From contig OZ024740.1 of NCBI GenBank assembly GCA_964016885.1, positions 378,510,001 to 378,574,000 of the forward strand: 64,000 bases of DNA, given 5' to 3'. Positions 25,411 through 38,999 of this stretch are shown piece by piece. Source of the DNA: Eledone cirrhosa (taxonomy: Eukaryota). Numbering within the stretch: the stretch's first letter is position 1; every line of letters begins with the position of its first letter. Under the pieces are notes generated by a model. That model did not search any database. It had not been told where the DNA came from and saw only the letters and a program-made list of their open reading frames with translations. Both the position numbers and the translations under genes were made by a program.

Positions 25411-25698
25411 GAACTAAGGACAGTTAATCGACTGCCTCCAAAGTCAAAGCCAGGTGGCGTGATCTACAGTTCTATACAAAACACGATTAAGTTTAATTGT
25501 TATTTTGGTTGGAAATATTTCGTATTTCCGTAACATTTAGAATGTTTAGCTCCATTAACCCCGAGATTTAGTGAAGGCGCTTGGCCTAGTGGTTAGGGCG
25601 TTTGAATCATGATCTTAAAGTCTTGAGTTCAATTTCGAGATTGACCGGCATATTGTGTTATTCACCCCGCTGGGAAAGCTCAATTGAAACATTGGCTC

Positions 25699-28600
25699 TG
25701 TAGCGGCCCCCTACGGCTGTAACTCAGCACGTATAAGAGTTGCGTCCCTTTACGACGGTCATAACTCAGCACATATAGGAGTTACGTCCCTTTGCGACGG
25801 GCGCGATTCCCATTGGCAGATTCATGTACTAAATGGAGTTGCGTCCCCCCTGGGGACTATATATTTGAGGACAATCAAGGCATAACTCTCTCTCGCATCC
25901 TGAACTTAGAAGGAACCAGAAGAACTTTACCAAGAGAAGATTTCTGTTCTTCTCTACACACTCCAGTCTGGGAGTTGTGACCAACTGACCATCAACATGT
26001 GGTAACAATTACTTATATTAATCTATTTGACTTCTGTGAAGTAAAACCATGTCACAACACTCACCTGCATTTATTGTCATTCTTGATAATTTATATACAC
26101 TGATACTAATATCCTAAATTGGTGACCTGACGTTGAAAGAAAAAAAAAAAAAATAATGGGAAATGGTACCATGTGTATATAAAAAAAAAAGAGAAAAAAA
26201 AAACATTTAATACAGAACAACACACTTGATTCTGATATGGCTGTATTGACCGATCTAAACATATTTCTCTGTAACACTTAACATCAAACTCTTCATATGT
26301 GCAAAACAAACACCCAAAGTTATTTACACACAAACAAACAGCAATTGTATGAATGCTCTTTCTTTTTTTTCTCCTTTCTTCTTTTCTTCTTTTCTCTGGC
26401 TAAAATTTTTGAGGACGACAAGATGGCGGCTTTCTTCTCCATCAATAGTGTTTTTGGCGCGAAATAGTCCGCCATGTTGGTTTTAGTTTTAAATTCCCTG
26501 CCTATACCTTATTAATGACATCGCTCGGTTAGTCGCTCCTTTGAATATTGTCTCGGATGCATTCTTTTTCCTGTCCAGTTGTTTGACAGAGAAAAATAAG
26601 CGATTTTGTTTTCCTTTTCTGTTGTGTTGGAGACATTTTTCCAAACGGAGACGATTTTTATTTTTTGCAAATTACATACGGCATAACAATGGCATCTCAT
26701 TCAGCCATTATGGCGATGCAGGAGTCCATTCAGGAACTCACCCTGGAGCTCAAGAAGATGAAGGTCTGGTGTGGTGCCTGTTCGCGCCCGCGAGAGATCT
26801 CAATCTTTTAAACGCCGTCCCAAATCACCAGCTTCATCTTTATGCTGGTACCATGAGCGATTCGCCGAGAGCGCGAACCACTGCGTGCAACCTTGCTCGT
26901 TTCATAAGGCGGGAAACGCCAAAGACGTCCGCTGATGGGGGCAGTTGACCTCAACATAAAGCCACCAAACCGCCATTTCTTCATTAAGGACCGTATGCCG
27001 GGAAGAGGTTTCCTCGTGGATACAGGAGTCTCCTGTAGTATTTGGCCGGTCCATTGCCTGAAAGATACCTCCGTAGAGTCATACGTTACTCTGCAGGCCG
27101 TTAATCACTCGTCTATAAAGACGTACGGGCAAATATCGCTTCCTCTCAAATTCCTAAATCTTCGTAGGGATTTTAAGTGGATTTTTACGGTTGCCGATTT
27201 GCCATACCCTATATTTGGAGCGGATTTCCTCCACAACTTCTCTTTGACTGTGGACGTCCGTGGCCAACGCCTGGTGGATGACATCACCGGTTTTTCAATT
27301 CGTGACCGGAAAGCCAATGCTCCAACAGTCAGCCCCATATTCTTCATCGCTACCGCTGGAGGCGGCTACCATTCGTTGTTAGGTTCTTTCCCTGAGCTCA
27401 CCGATGGAAATTTTCGAGTCACTGAGCCAACACACTCAACTGAACATTTCATTTCCACTACCGGTGCTCCAGTGTTTTCGCGTCCACACCGCTTACCGGC
27501 GGACAAATTAAAGGTAGCACGGTCCGAGTTCGACCATATGCTGCAGCTGAGCATTATTCGCCCATCTACGAGTCCTTGGGCTTCACCGTTACACATGGTG
27601 CCCAAGACTTCCGGCGACTGGAGACCCACTGGGGATTATAGGAGGTTAAATGCTATGACCGTCCCGGATAGGTATCCCATTCCCCATCTCCAGGATTTCG
27701 CATCTTCATTGCAGGGGTGTAAGATTTTCTCAAAACTAGATTTAGTGCGAGCCTACCACCAAATTCCGGTCAGGAAGGAGGATATTCCGAAAACGGCGAT
27801 TACAACTCCTTTCGGATCCTTCGAATTTTTGACCATGCCTTTTGGACTCAGGAACGCCGCTAGCACTTTTCAGAGGTTCATAGACGAAGTCACTCGTGGT
27901 CTGGACTTTGTTATGCTTACATAGACAATATTCTCGTCGCTAGTTCCTCTCCGGAAGAGCATATGCGCCACATGCATCTCTTATTTCGGCGACTTCAGGA
28001 TTACCGCGTTCGTGTGAATCCCGCAAAGTGTGTTTTCGGTTCCACTTCGCTAAATTTTTTAGGCTACCTCATCGATGCCGAAGGTATTAGGCCGCTCCCT
28101 CAGCGAGTTCAAGCCATACAGGATTTACCTCCGCCTACTACACTTCACCAGTTGCGTCACTTCTTAGGCCTAATCAATTTCTATAGGCGTTTCGTTCCTC
28201 ATTGTGCTAATTTGCTATCTTCCCTTACTGACATTTTGAAAAATCGTCGTAAGAAGAATGAGGATATTTCCTTGACACAAGGACAGCTTCAGGACTTCCA
28301 GACTGCCAAGACAGCACTCGCTAGTTCATCTTTGCTAGCCCACCCGGTACCAGAGGCCAAGCTTTCGCTTTGTGTTGATGCATCTGATACCGCTGTGGGA
28401 GCAGTTTTACAGCAGTTCAACGCTGGAAACCAACAACCTTTGGCATTTTTCTCGAGGAAGCTGAAACCAGCAGAAACGCGTTACAGCACGTTTGGGTGGG
28501 AATTATTAGCCATATATCTGACGGTGAAACATTACTCTCACATTCTTGAGGGGAGAAATTTTACTGTGTTAACCGACCACAAACCTCTGACCTTCGCTTT

Positions 28601-30596
28601 GAGGGCTAAAGCCGACATATATTCGCCCAGAGAGACAAGGCACCTTGATTACGTTTCGCAATTTACAAATGATATCCAGCACATTGCTGGCTCGCATAAC
28701 ATAGCTGCAGACGCATTGTCACGTTTGCCAATCAGCTCCATCTCGTCATCCCAGGAGATCGACTTAGGTCGTTTAGCTGCAGACCAATCTGCACTCCAAT
28801 CGTTGGATACTCTTTCTGCCGACTTGCATCTTCAAATATCTGCCCTTGTCGACCACCGACAGGCAGATGTATCTACGAATTCACCACGACCAGATGTATC
28901 TACGAATTCACCACGACCATTTGTTCCTGAGACTCACCGTCGAATTGTGTCCCTTGCTTTGCACAGAATTTCTCACCCAGGAATTTCTGCCACAGTAAAG
29001 CTTATAACGGCTAAATTTTTCTGGCCCAATATGAGGCGAGAATTACTGTCTGGTGCCGTTCCTGCACACGGTGTCAGAGATCTAAAATCCACAGACCAAT
29101 CCGGACTCCACTTGGTACTTTCAGTACTCCCGATGCTCGGTTTCAGGACATCCACATTGATATCGATGGACCTTGGCCATTCAGCAGTGGATATTCGTAC
29201 CTCTTGACCTGTATCGATCGTTTTTCGCGATGGCCTGAAGCCACCCCCTTACAAGATATAACTGCCGAGACTGTAGCGCGTGCCCTGGTATCAGGGTGGA
29301 TTACCCGCTTTGGGGTACCAACTACAGTCACCACAGACCGTGGTAGACAATTTGAGTCTCATCTTTTCTCTGAGCTCTCAAAGATCATTGGCGCTCAACG
29401 GATTCGGACCACAGCCTATCATCCTGCTTCAAACGGAATGGTGGAACGATTCCACCGCCAATTAAAGGCCGCTCTTCGCGCCTATTCAGACTCTCAACGT
29501 TGGAGCAAGTACCCTCCTATTGTGTTGTTAGGAATTCGGTCATCAATAAAGGAGGACCTTGGGTTCTCCCCGGCCGAATTACTGTATGGTGCTCCTCTAG
29601 CGTTGCCTGGGCAAATGCTTGTCCCTGTTGATCTTGTTTTCCAGGACCCTGTTTCCTACGTATCTCGTTTGCGCTCCTATTTTCAGGACTTACCGCCCAT
29701 GAATACTAGGAAACAAACTGTTAAAGTTGCAGTCCCGAGGGATATTGCCTCGTGGACAGATGTATTCGTCAGAAACGATGCGGTTACTCCACCCCTCACA
29801 CAACCGTACTCTGGACCCTACCGTGTGTTAGCACGTACTGACAAACATTTCACTGTAGACATTAAGGGGTCCAGAGAGACAATTTCGGTGGATAGACTAA
29901 AAAGGGCACAAATACCCCAATCTTTCTCTCTTGTGCATTCACCTACTCCTTCTTCCCCACCTTCACCTACATACAAGACCACAATCCGTTCCGGTCGAAG
30001 AGTCCACTGGCCCAAAAAACTCTGCCAAACTGTTTTCATGTGAACTGGCCACTGGAGCCTTATTTTTTCTGTTTTTCTCTTTATTGTATTACCATGTACC
30101 TTTTCGTTACCATTTCATGCCTGTGGGTTCGCTACATTTACCTTCGGGCTTTTCGCCTAGCGTCTGGAGGAGGGTACGGTAGCGGCCTCCTACGGCTGTG
30201 ACTCAGCACGTATGAGTTACGTCCCTTTATGATGGTCGTAACTCAGCACGTATAGGAGTTACGTCCCTTTGCGACGGGCGCGACTCCCATTGGCAGATTC
30301 ATGTACTAAATGGAGTTGCGTCCCCCTGGGGACTATATATTTGAGGACAATCAAGGCATAACTCTCTCTCTCGCATCCTGAACTTCGAAGGAACCAGAAG
30401 AACCGTACCAAGAGAAGATTTCTGTTCTTCTCTACACACTCCAGTCTGGGAGTTGTGACCAACTGACCATCAACATGTGGTAACAATTACTTATATTAAT
30501 TTATTTGACTTCTGTGAAGTAAAACCATGTCACAACACTCACCTGCATTTATTGTCATTCTTTATAGTTTATATACACTGATACTAATATCCTAAA
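25699..30596 (+). mobile_element. Ty3/Gypsy CsRn1-clade LTR retrotransposon with both LTRs and TSD, gag mostly deleted
   Basis: LTRs 25699-26118 and 30178-30596; 4-bp TSD GCTC on both sides; tRNA-Trp-type PBS TGGTGACCTGACGT at 26120; PPT GGAGGAGGG before the 3' LTR; CHCC knuckle CWYHERFAESANHCVQPC near 26845-26900. Confidence 0.95.
26935..30043 (+). pseudogene. Pol polyprotein (PR-RT-RNase H-IN), frameshifted
   Basis: [33 protein letters not shown] (catalytic D to N), [38 protein letters not shown] and GPY. At least two frameshifts and a 27-bp duplication near 28864-28918. Confidence 0.95.
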
Positions 30597-32192
30597 GCTC
30601 TTTTCTTTTATTTTCTTGTCAAGCGAAACCATTGTAACACGATTAACCAAAGTTGTTGCCAAAATGAACTTTTGAGCATTTATTTTTCTTGCTATTGTCT
30701 AGCCTAACTTTGCTTTAATTGAGCAGACCCATGATCAAATGTATTCCATCCGGTATTTACTGTCTTGTTTCACTAACATACTATGTATAAAATTGTATTT
30801 TTCAACGTATCCCTTTTTGAAGTCATTAAGGAGTGGTTTGAAAGAGATTTAGCAGCTATTTCTTGCAGGTCGAACAATCGCCTGGAGATTATATTGTTGG
30901 CTCTTCGAAAGGTAACCACTTTTCAATTGGCTTTCGTGAAAATAACAAAATAACGAAATAAAATTTACTTCCGACAGACATAGATGTTGAGGAGATATCT
31001 AGGCCGAAACACGATTGCAGTTGATCAGAATCATTGATTTGTGTAAGAATACATGCTTATATGGGCACGTACCTCCAGATGGAGTCGTAAGATAGCCGTA
31101 ATGCCAAACGGCGTGTCATGGACAGGTTTGAATACAGCCAATTTCTTCTGCATGTGTGTGTGAGTGAGAGAGAGAAAGAGTCGACCACAGTACTGGACTG
31201 GCCCTTTTCTTATCGACCTCGAAAGAATGACAGGCAAAGTAGACATCGGCGGGATTTGAACTCAGAGAACGCAGATAACTGGAACGAATACAGCAAAACG
31301 TTGTATCCGATGTTTTAACGATTCTGCCAATTCACCGTCTCTGTAAGAATTCATACTTCTGTAGTAAACAAATATCTCGATTGTTAAACAGACTCATGTA
31401 TTGTTACATTTGAAATCAGAATTTTATTGTTCATATAATAGACGCTAGAAGCATTATCTCATAGAGAACATTTTAAGAATATAAAAGGCATTTTAAGAAG
31501 ATGCTCTGCAGATCTTGTGGAAGAAGAATCTAACTACACCGTACGCATAGAGATATTGATGCTATCTTTATTTAGCATACTATTCGAATCAAAGACATCT
31601 TACAGGAGACTGATAAACAACTACGACTGGCTGCGGCAAATATAGATTTATCCGGTTCTTATCTTAAAACATTGCCTAGGAAGAAAATATATAGTTAAAT
31701 CATAGATCTATGCAGAGCATAGCCGGAAACATTTGACGTTCATACTAAAACAGCTGATGCCACAGACCAGTTATTGACAGATAAAATATTTCCTATATAT
31801 TGCGTATCATTTTCGAGTGTTAACGTTAATAAAACAGAAAATGTAAATACATCTATCACTTAGTCATAGGCTATCAAGAGATAAGAAATAAAATATAGAA
31901 TTAGAATTTAAACGCGTCATATGATGGAGAATGGAATATATTATAAATGTAATAACAAACAATAAACTACAATACTGTATTTAGAGAATTGTCGAAATAA
32001 AATGTTCTTTAACCCTTTTGTTAGCTTATTTTTAAAAAAGATATTGCCTATAATTTAAAAATAATTTTGAATATAATCAAGAATTTGGAGAGGTTTAGTA
32101 ATATAATTTATTTCTATTTCTGTTAATTCTATCTCACCATTACTAAATTGTGCTAACAATGTTCTTATTAAGCTGGTTCTTATATGAAATTA

Positions 32193-32375
32193 TAATTGTT
32201 TCTACTTTAGGCACAAGGCCAGCAATTACCCAGTACATTACTGGTACTTTATTTTATCGACCCCGTAAGGATGAAAGGCAAAGTTAACCTCGGCGGGATT
32301 TGAACTCAGAATGGCAAGGGCCGTAACTCTATGCGTCAAAGCATGGCGTCCAACCCTCTACCGATACTGCCAATA
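32193..32375 (-). mobile_element. tRNA-derived SINE (Meta-like family); related copies at about 31190-31340, 37280-37470, 38820-39000, 42100-42400, 42660-42740, 46265-46450, 48790-48899, 51700-52020, 52320-52470, 52960-53080
   Basis: Shared A box TGGCAGTATCGG, B box GAGTTCAAATCC and core TTGCCTTTCATCCTTACGGGGTCGATAAAATAAAGTACCAG. Confidence 0.85.
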
Positions 32376-33301
32376 GGAGGATTTTAGATAAATATACACT
32401 TTAAAATAAACAACTGAGTATTATAGAACCAGGGGCGGTTTTATGCCGTTTGGTATCAAAAGTATTAAAATTCCAGTGCAGTTTAATCGCATCCAATATG
32501 ACATTTGCAAAGCTTAATGCGAGATAATTCTATTGTAAAGAAGCTGAATGTCTAAAGAGTGTAAAACATTGTTGATTGTCGGTCTAATAGGATGGATGAC
32601 AGATCTAACAATATAGAAACTTAACTAAACTTTGCGACTGAATTGTATGATTTTATTAAAATTTGTTTACTAAGGAAGGGTAAGAATCTGTATTAGAAAG
32701 AAGGTTAGACATATGGATGGCAATTTGGTCAGAGGAATGGGAGTGAAGATCAGACTTAAGAATTCGGCATAGAAATCATATAATTATCCCTATCTAGGTA
32801 AAGGAAACAAGCTGAATGAGCTGCTAGCACAATGTAGTAATTGTGAGATAGAATCAACAGAAACAGAGATAAATTAGAAAGACATGATCAGAAAGAAATT
32901 ATTGAAAAAATCTCGTGGATGCAAGTAGAATTATATTTTAAGAAAGTTAACATACGTTTTTATTACTTTGAAAGGAAAGAAGTAAAAATAACACGCATAT
33001 AAATATAATTCCCATTTATAATTTATTTCCTCGTAAACAATTTGTTTATTACAAAACATAATTATATAACATTTTTTTTCTTTCCAAAAGGTGTAATTAA
33101 AGTAATATGTATGTATATATATATATACAATTATAATAAACAATTATCGCTCTACATGGCTGAATACAATAAATGTAATCTGAGTTTTTCGAATATTAAT
33201 AATATTCGATTCGTTTGCAATTATGCAAAGAACCCTCTTTTAAGCCATGTCAGCAGAATGAGCCCTCCCCCATTCTTGCTCTTGTGTTGACATGTAAACA
33301 G

Positions 33302-33350
33302 AACTGCAGACGCTAATGTTTCTGGGTGATTACCCTTCATCAGTGCAATT
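33302..33350 (-). ncRNA. Minimal type I hammerhead ribozyme motif (GUC site), slightly decayed
   Basis: Minus strand: AATTGCA CTGATGA A-GGGT AATC ACCC-A GAAA CATTAGCG TC TGCAGTT; stem I 7 bp, stem II 4 bp. Confidence 0.7.
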
Positions 33351-33415
33351 TAACTTTTCACCTGCCAACTGTCAGAGCTAGTGAAATATATGATATTTTC
33401 TAAAATATATGTATA

Positions 33416-34284
33416 CTAGCAGCTGAGCCCGGTTGCACCTGGGGCCACTTTTTATTAAGTTAATAATTTGAAAAATATTATTGAAAGTTTATTATAAAGA
33501 AGCAGTTTCAGGAAAAAATAGAAATATGCACTTGGGGCTGGACGGCGTACAATGAGAAGCGGAGCGACGTGAAAAGCGTTGTTTATTAGCAGCGAAATAG
33601 CAATGTCGATGATATGCAATTTGAAAAATACTATTTACTGTTAGTGGTGGTTAACATGTATTAGAATTAAAATAAAAACACGCGTCCCTTCTTCGCAATT
33701 TAAGGGTTTTATTTCTTTTGATGGAAAACAGTGACCGTACTGCAGAATCGATTTCATAAAACGGTACTGTGAAAATGAAACGTACTGTAGAAGGCAACAG
33801 TTTATTAATCTGCATTTTCAAACTTGCATATCATCGACATTGCTATTTCGCTGTTAATAAACAACGCTTTTCAGGTCGCCCCACTTCTCATTGTACGCCG
33901 TCCAGCCCCAAGTGCATATTTCTATTTTTTTCCTGAAATTGCTTCTTTATAATAAACTTTCAATAATATTTTTCAAATTATTGGTACTGTATGTTAACAG
34001 CGAAAGAACGTTGATGAGTTTAAAAATTTGTATGAAATTGTAAATAACTCATCCAAGTATTAGAACAGGGGGAAATAACTCACCGAACGCGATAGTAAAT
34101 AGACCGTTTGGAGGCCCTATGGACCACATTTACCAAGTTAGAGATTTGAAACCTCATCTATTTGCTTCCTTGGCACTTTTTACATAGGTGTGTAAATTTT
34201 CATGTCCGTCCGACCACGTCTACTACCATTTAACTGTGCACATCTGAATTTCAATCACTACCCATTTCACAAATATATATTAGA
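33416..34284 (-). mobile_element. Non-autonomous Helitron-like element with an internal ~165-bp inverted repeat
   Basis: Minus strand starts A|TCTAATATATA and ends with GC hairpin CCCAGGTGCAACCGGG plus CTAG|T. Arms 33462-33627 and 33815-33982 are reverse complements. Confidence 0.65.
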
Positions 34285-34310
34285 TATAGTGTGTGTGTAT
34301 ATATATATAT

Positions 34311-34625
34311 TCTTATGCCAGGGAATGTCTTCACGAACCAAAGTATCGTCTTCCTGTTTTCCTTCGGCTGCAACGTTTTTCGAAATATTTACATCTGCGT
34401 TCACAGATTGATTTTTTTTAGTTTCAGCAGCGATTCTTTGCTTAAACTTTAATATGTTATTTTAATATATACATATATATATATTCGTGTACAGATATTT
34501 TTGTATACACAATAAGAAAATATAAGCAAACGTATTTATTTCACGCGGCTCGATAAGGATAAATATATATCAAATATATAAGAACCCTAGAGCAAATCCC
34601 GAGCAACGCCGGGCCATTCTGCTAG
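34311..34625 (+). mobile_element. Second Helitron-like 3' end
   Basis: Hairpin CCCGAGCAACGCCGGG then CTAG|T at 34622-34626; 5' boundary uncertain. Confidence 0.55.
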
Positions 34626-37600
34626 TATAAGATAAATCTGCATATAATTGACACCAACTAGAATTTCAGTCTGAAACCAATCGTAATGTAGTTACTAAAT
34701 ACAGTGAGAGCATAAATAAACAGAGAAGGCACATTAAAAGATGAAAGAAGGGGCAATGAAAAAGATAACATGAATATATTATTTCGTTATCTTATCAAGT
34801 CCACTGACTGTATCCCACAGTTTGATCGAAACTTCTGCTGCAACCCTTCCAAATTGTTTTCATAAATCAAAAGAAACATTGAAATGACATTTATATTCAT
34901 AATATTTGTTCTTCATTTAGAGCTAGTTGCCTGCCAAACAATCATAGCCGGATTAAGGTTCGATCAATGGATTATTTTCCTACAATGATATATTCTAATA
35001 TTAGACAATGCTTAGGATTTAATAAAGATTTAGAACATCTCTGAAATAACAGAAAAAAAAATATATATATATATATATTCAATATTAGCTGATAGTGAAT
35101 ATAAGAATAAAGCAGCTCTAGAATCTCGTTTCGGGTTTAGTTTCTTAGCAGCAAGGCCAATACTAGTCACGTGTTCTGCAAAGGAAATGAGAAGTCCGGT
35201 AATTTTTATTGAATAGTAATTGCCAAGTAGCGAAACGCTCAGATTGTATATAAACAGGTCGTTCAAAGTAGCAAATAGGTTGATCGATGGCTTAATATAT
35301 GTACATGCAGAAAAGAATACAGACAAAACTGCACGCACATATAATGACAATTTCTTACATTACAACATCTAGTCGAAACTGACAATCTTACTTCTTGGAT
35401 TATTATCGTTGCATATTCAGTTGGTGCTCTAATTTTCTTGAAGTAGAAAAATTGAATGTTAATGGACAGAAAACTATGGAATTATATGCATTAAAGGTAT
35501 GTTTTGAACTTTCTATTGTTGCTTTGGTAATTTTCATTTACTGTGATGTATGTTTGTTTTATAGAAATTTGTAGTTTGGCATGGAGGAAATAACAATAGT
35601 GGGTTGGTTATCGAAGACAAATTCATATTATAAATAGACAGGAAAAAAGTGTTTTCAGGAAACAAAATAAAACAAAAAAATAATTGCATTGTGAATGGAA
35701 TGACAACGTAAGGATGTCTGGTTATTATACGGTAAAGATATGTAAAAATATATTATCGTTGTGAAATAACTTGTTGATTAAGATACCCAGTTGCTAAATG
35801 GATGCATGTATATTATGACTTGAAGTGTGGGATGGGCTGTTTCATATTATCTATAACATACAGTCTGAGACTAGATTCTAGTCTGAGGTAGATTACAGAA
35901 GCATATTCTCCCCCGTGTTACTCCAACGAAGTTCACAAGCTGGACTTGAATTCTGTATGTTATAGCAGCAAGTTGTTCCTGACTTGTAAGAAATTGTTCA
36001 CTGAGTCATTTAAGAGTTAAGTATTTTGATAAATCTAACAATAATAATCTTAATAGGCTTTTTAATAGACGACTCTGACGCTAGGGCGTCGGATTAAAAA
36101 TACCTTCACCCTTTCAATGCCGATCAATAAAGTACCAGTCTAGTACTGGTGTCGATTCTTCCGCTATTTCCTTTTATAACTTTCTTTTTCACCCACTCTC
36201 CTCTGAAAGAAATCAGCTGTAATTTGACCGCGAGAGGGTTGGACTCTGTCAGGTTTCAAATAACTAAAACAATGTGGTATCCAATGACTTCATCAGAAGT
36301 TAAGGTCTATTGTATATCAGCCGTCACAGAGATTTATATCTACAAACTAAAGAGACTCCTACATATGAGACAGTACAAAAAAACAAAATATCTAGGAGAA
36401 TTTTGTTTTGCTTTGCTAAGAATAAGTTGATTATATTGCTGAATTCAAATGGCCTTTCCTTAGTTTGTAGAGAAGCAAGGTATTTTTATATTGCAAAGTA
36501 CAAAGAGATCCTAAATTCCCATTTTGTTAACAAAAGACAAAAACGAGTTGTATCACATTCGATTTATATTACATACATTTTGTTACACAATTTAGAAGAA
36601 TTACTTAACTAATCTAAAGTTATCAAATAAAAGCAGGAAATCTTTCTCTAGACATGCAGTCAATATTTGAATGTCTGTTGTACTACTAACCTTATGATGC
36701 TATATATGTGTAAGCGGATTTCTATTGCCTTTTGTATATGCCCTGTATTTCTATTGCATTTCGCTTTTTTTGTAACTATTTTATTTTCTCTACAACCTAC
36801 TACATCCAGTATATGTTCAAACAACTACATGAAATATATGAAAAAGTAGGTACTTTTTCAACCCATTCCATTGTAACAACTGTTAAAAACATTTGAACAT
36901 CCTAACTTGATTATATTTGATAAAAATACTAAAATTATTGGTTTCAGTAATTTGACTGCAGCTATGCTGGGGCACTACCTTCAAACTTTTTGTCAATTAA
37001 ATTGATCTCAGTAATTAAATTGTTACCAATTTTATCGAACCTTATTTTCCAAATGGTGTAAGATTTATCCGAGTTATATCTTTTTAGAGAGTTACCTATC
37101 TTTTACAAACTTAAACACCATAACGTGTTTACCCCCCCCCCCCCACACACACTCGATGAACTTCTGAAGGCTATGGTACAAGACATTTGCCAAATGTGTC
37201 GCACAATTGAAACAAACAACATGGTTGCGAAGCGTACTTCTTAATCACACAGCCATCCCTGCACTCGCGCTAGAAATGATAATAATTGTTTCTGATTTAA
37301 TCACAAGATCAGCAATTATCGATCCCACTGCTTTACTGTTGCTTTATTTTATCAACCCCGTAAGGATAAAAGGCAAAACTAACCTCGACGGGATTTGGAC
37401 TCGGAAGCTAAACGGTCGTAACTATATGCCTCAAACCATGGTGTTTGATGCTCTACCGATACTACCAAAATCTAAACTATAATAAAGGAAGGTCTGCGGG
37501 ATTGCGTACGGTTTATTTTTTTTATCCCGTTTGTAAAATAGGTTGGATTACTTTGAATAAATAATGAATGAATATTACATAATTTATCTACTAAATTTCG

Positions 37601-38114
37601 TGGCTGTTCATTAAATATATTGTTTATTTAAAGATTCACTTCTTTAAAATTTCTGAAATGTCAACACTTCCGGTGGCGATCACTTAAATAAACATACTAA
37701 TTTTCCGTCACTAATTTTCTCCTAATGCAGTTTATATATAATATCGTCTTTTTTAATGTATCATGGATTACGTTACTGATTACATAAGACAGTGTAACGC
37801 AGTCTTCGTTCAATTTCTATGTATTATATATTGTCAATTACGATTTTATTTGATGTATGATATCTACATGTATATATACCTGCGTATAATATCAATATAC
37901 ACACTACACATGCTAGCAGAAAACTACCCGAAGGGTGGTTTTTCTGCTAGTATTAATAATTATTTTGCTTCTAAGAGCACATTCACGTTATACAATGAAC
38001 ATATTAAAAAATTAGATATAGAATAAAGAACAGTATATATATGATTATACAAGACATAATAATTAAAACAAGATGAAATTTAAAAACATGAAATAAAGAA
38101 GGATGAGAACCTAC

Positions 38115-38218
38115 CAGCAAAGTTGGATCTGAGCATCAAACGAATTTGCTTGCTTGTCATTTATTGTATTGAAATCAGGTGCTCCCAAAGGCACATGTAA
38201 ACAATCTCTGCACTGATC
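38115..38218 (-). other. Candidate internal exon of an unidentified gene
   Basis: TTTTTAGCAG acceptor and GTAGGT donor; one open frame DQCRDCLHVPLGAPDFNTINDKQANSFDAQIQLC. No homology recognised. Confidence 0.3.
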
Positions 38219-38999
38219 CTGCTAAAAATCACACAACGCCTTTAAAGTGTTTCTATTTTATACTGTGATAAAATATTGATGTGGTATTCAGTAATTTATT
38301 CTCGAGAGAGAGGTGTGTCAATGTTCTTGCTTGCTCTTGGATAAAAGTATCGGACAAAAAGACATATCTCCTCACCATACACCCCTATCACACTTGTTTT
38401 TCTGACTAGACCTTATCTATATCTAGTATTTCCTTATTAGACGTGGCATTTACGAAGCTAAGTGTACAAAACTGTAGGTTGCTGTGGCTGCCAAAATTCG
38501 CATTAAAAAATTCTTATTCTTTGTTTCAAATCACTAATTCTCTGGCCTTACAGTATTTTCGTTCATTTTCTTTTTCGCTTGTATTATCTGTGCAGCCGCG
38601 AAAGCTTTTGTTTATCACTAACACATTAAACGTATAACTTTTTTCCCATCTTATTTGGGCGAAAAAAATTAATGAAAAACCGTTTACATTTGTATCATCT
38701 CAAAGTAATTGACAGAAAAAATAATCCAATATTGAAAAAAATTGCAAAAAGGTAAATTAGAAACGAGAGCGTTGTGAAGCACGGTAATCATGGTAAAACT
38801 CAGTATTAATAACATTGACAATTTCTAATTTAGGCATAATGCCAGTATTGGGGAAGGGGAAAATCGACTTGACTGGTACTTTATTTTATCGACATCGGAA
38901 GGATAAACGCGAAGTTGATCTCAGCGGGATTTGAACTCAGAACGTAACTAAATATTGCCAACTATTTTTACCGACGCTCTTACGATTTCACCAATCCAT

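Noticed and set aside
25575-25660. tRNA gene
   Set aside because: A and B boxes are present but there is no cloverleaf; it is a SINE head.
31441-31700. Coding-looking plus-strand stretch (also near 35110-35450 and 13724-13830)
   Set aside because: Interrupted frames and no recognisable family.
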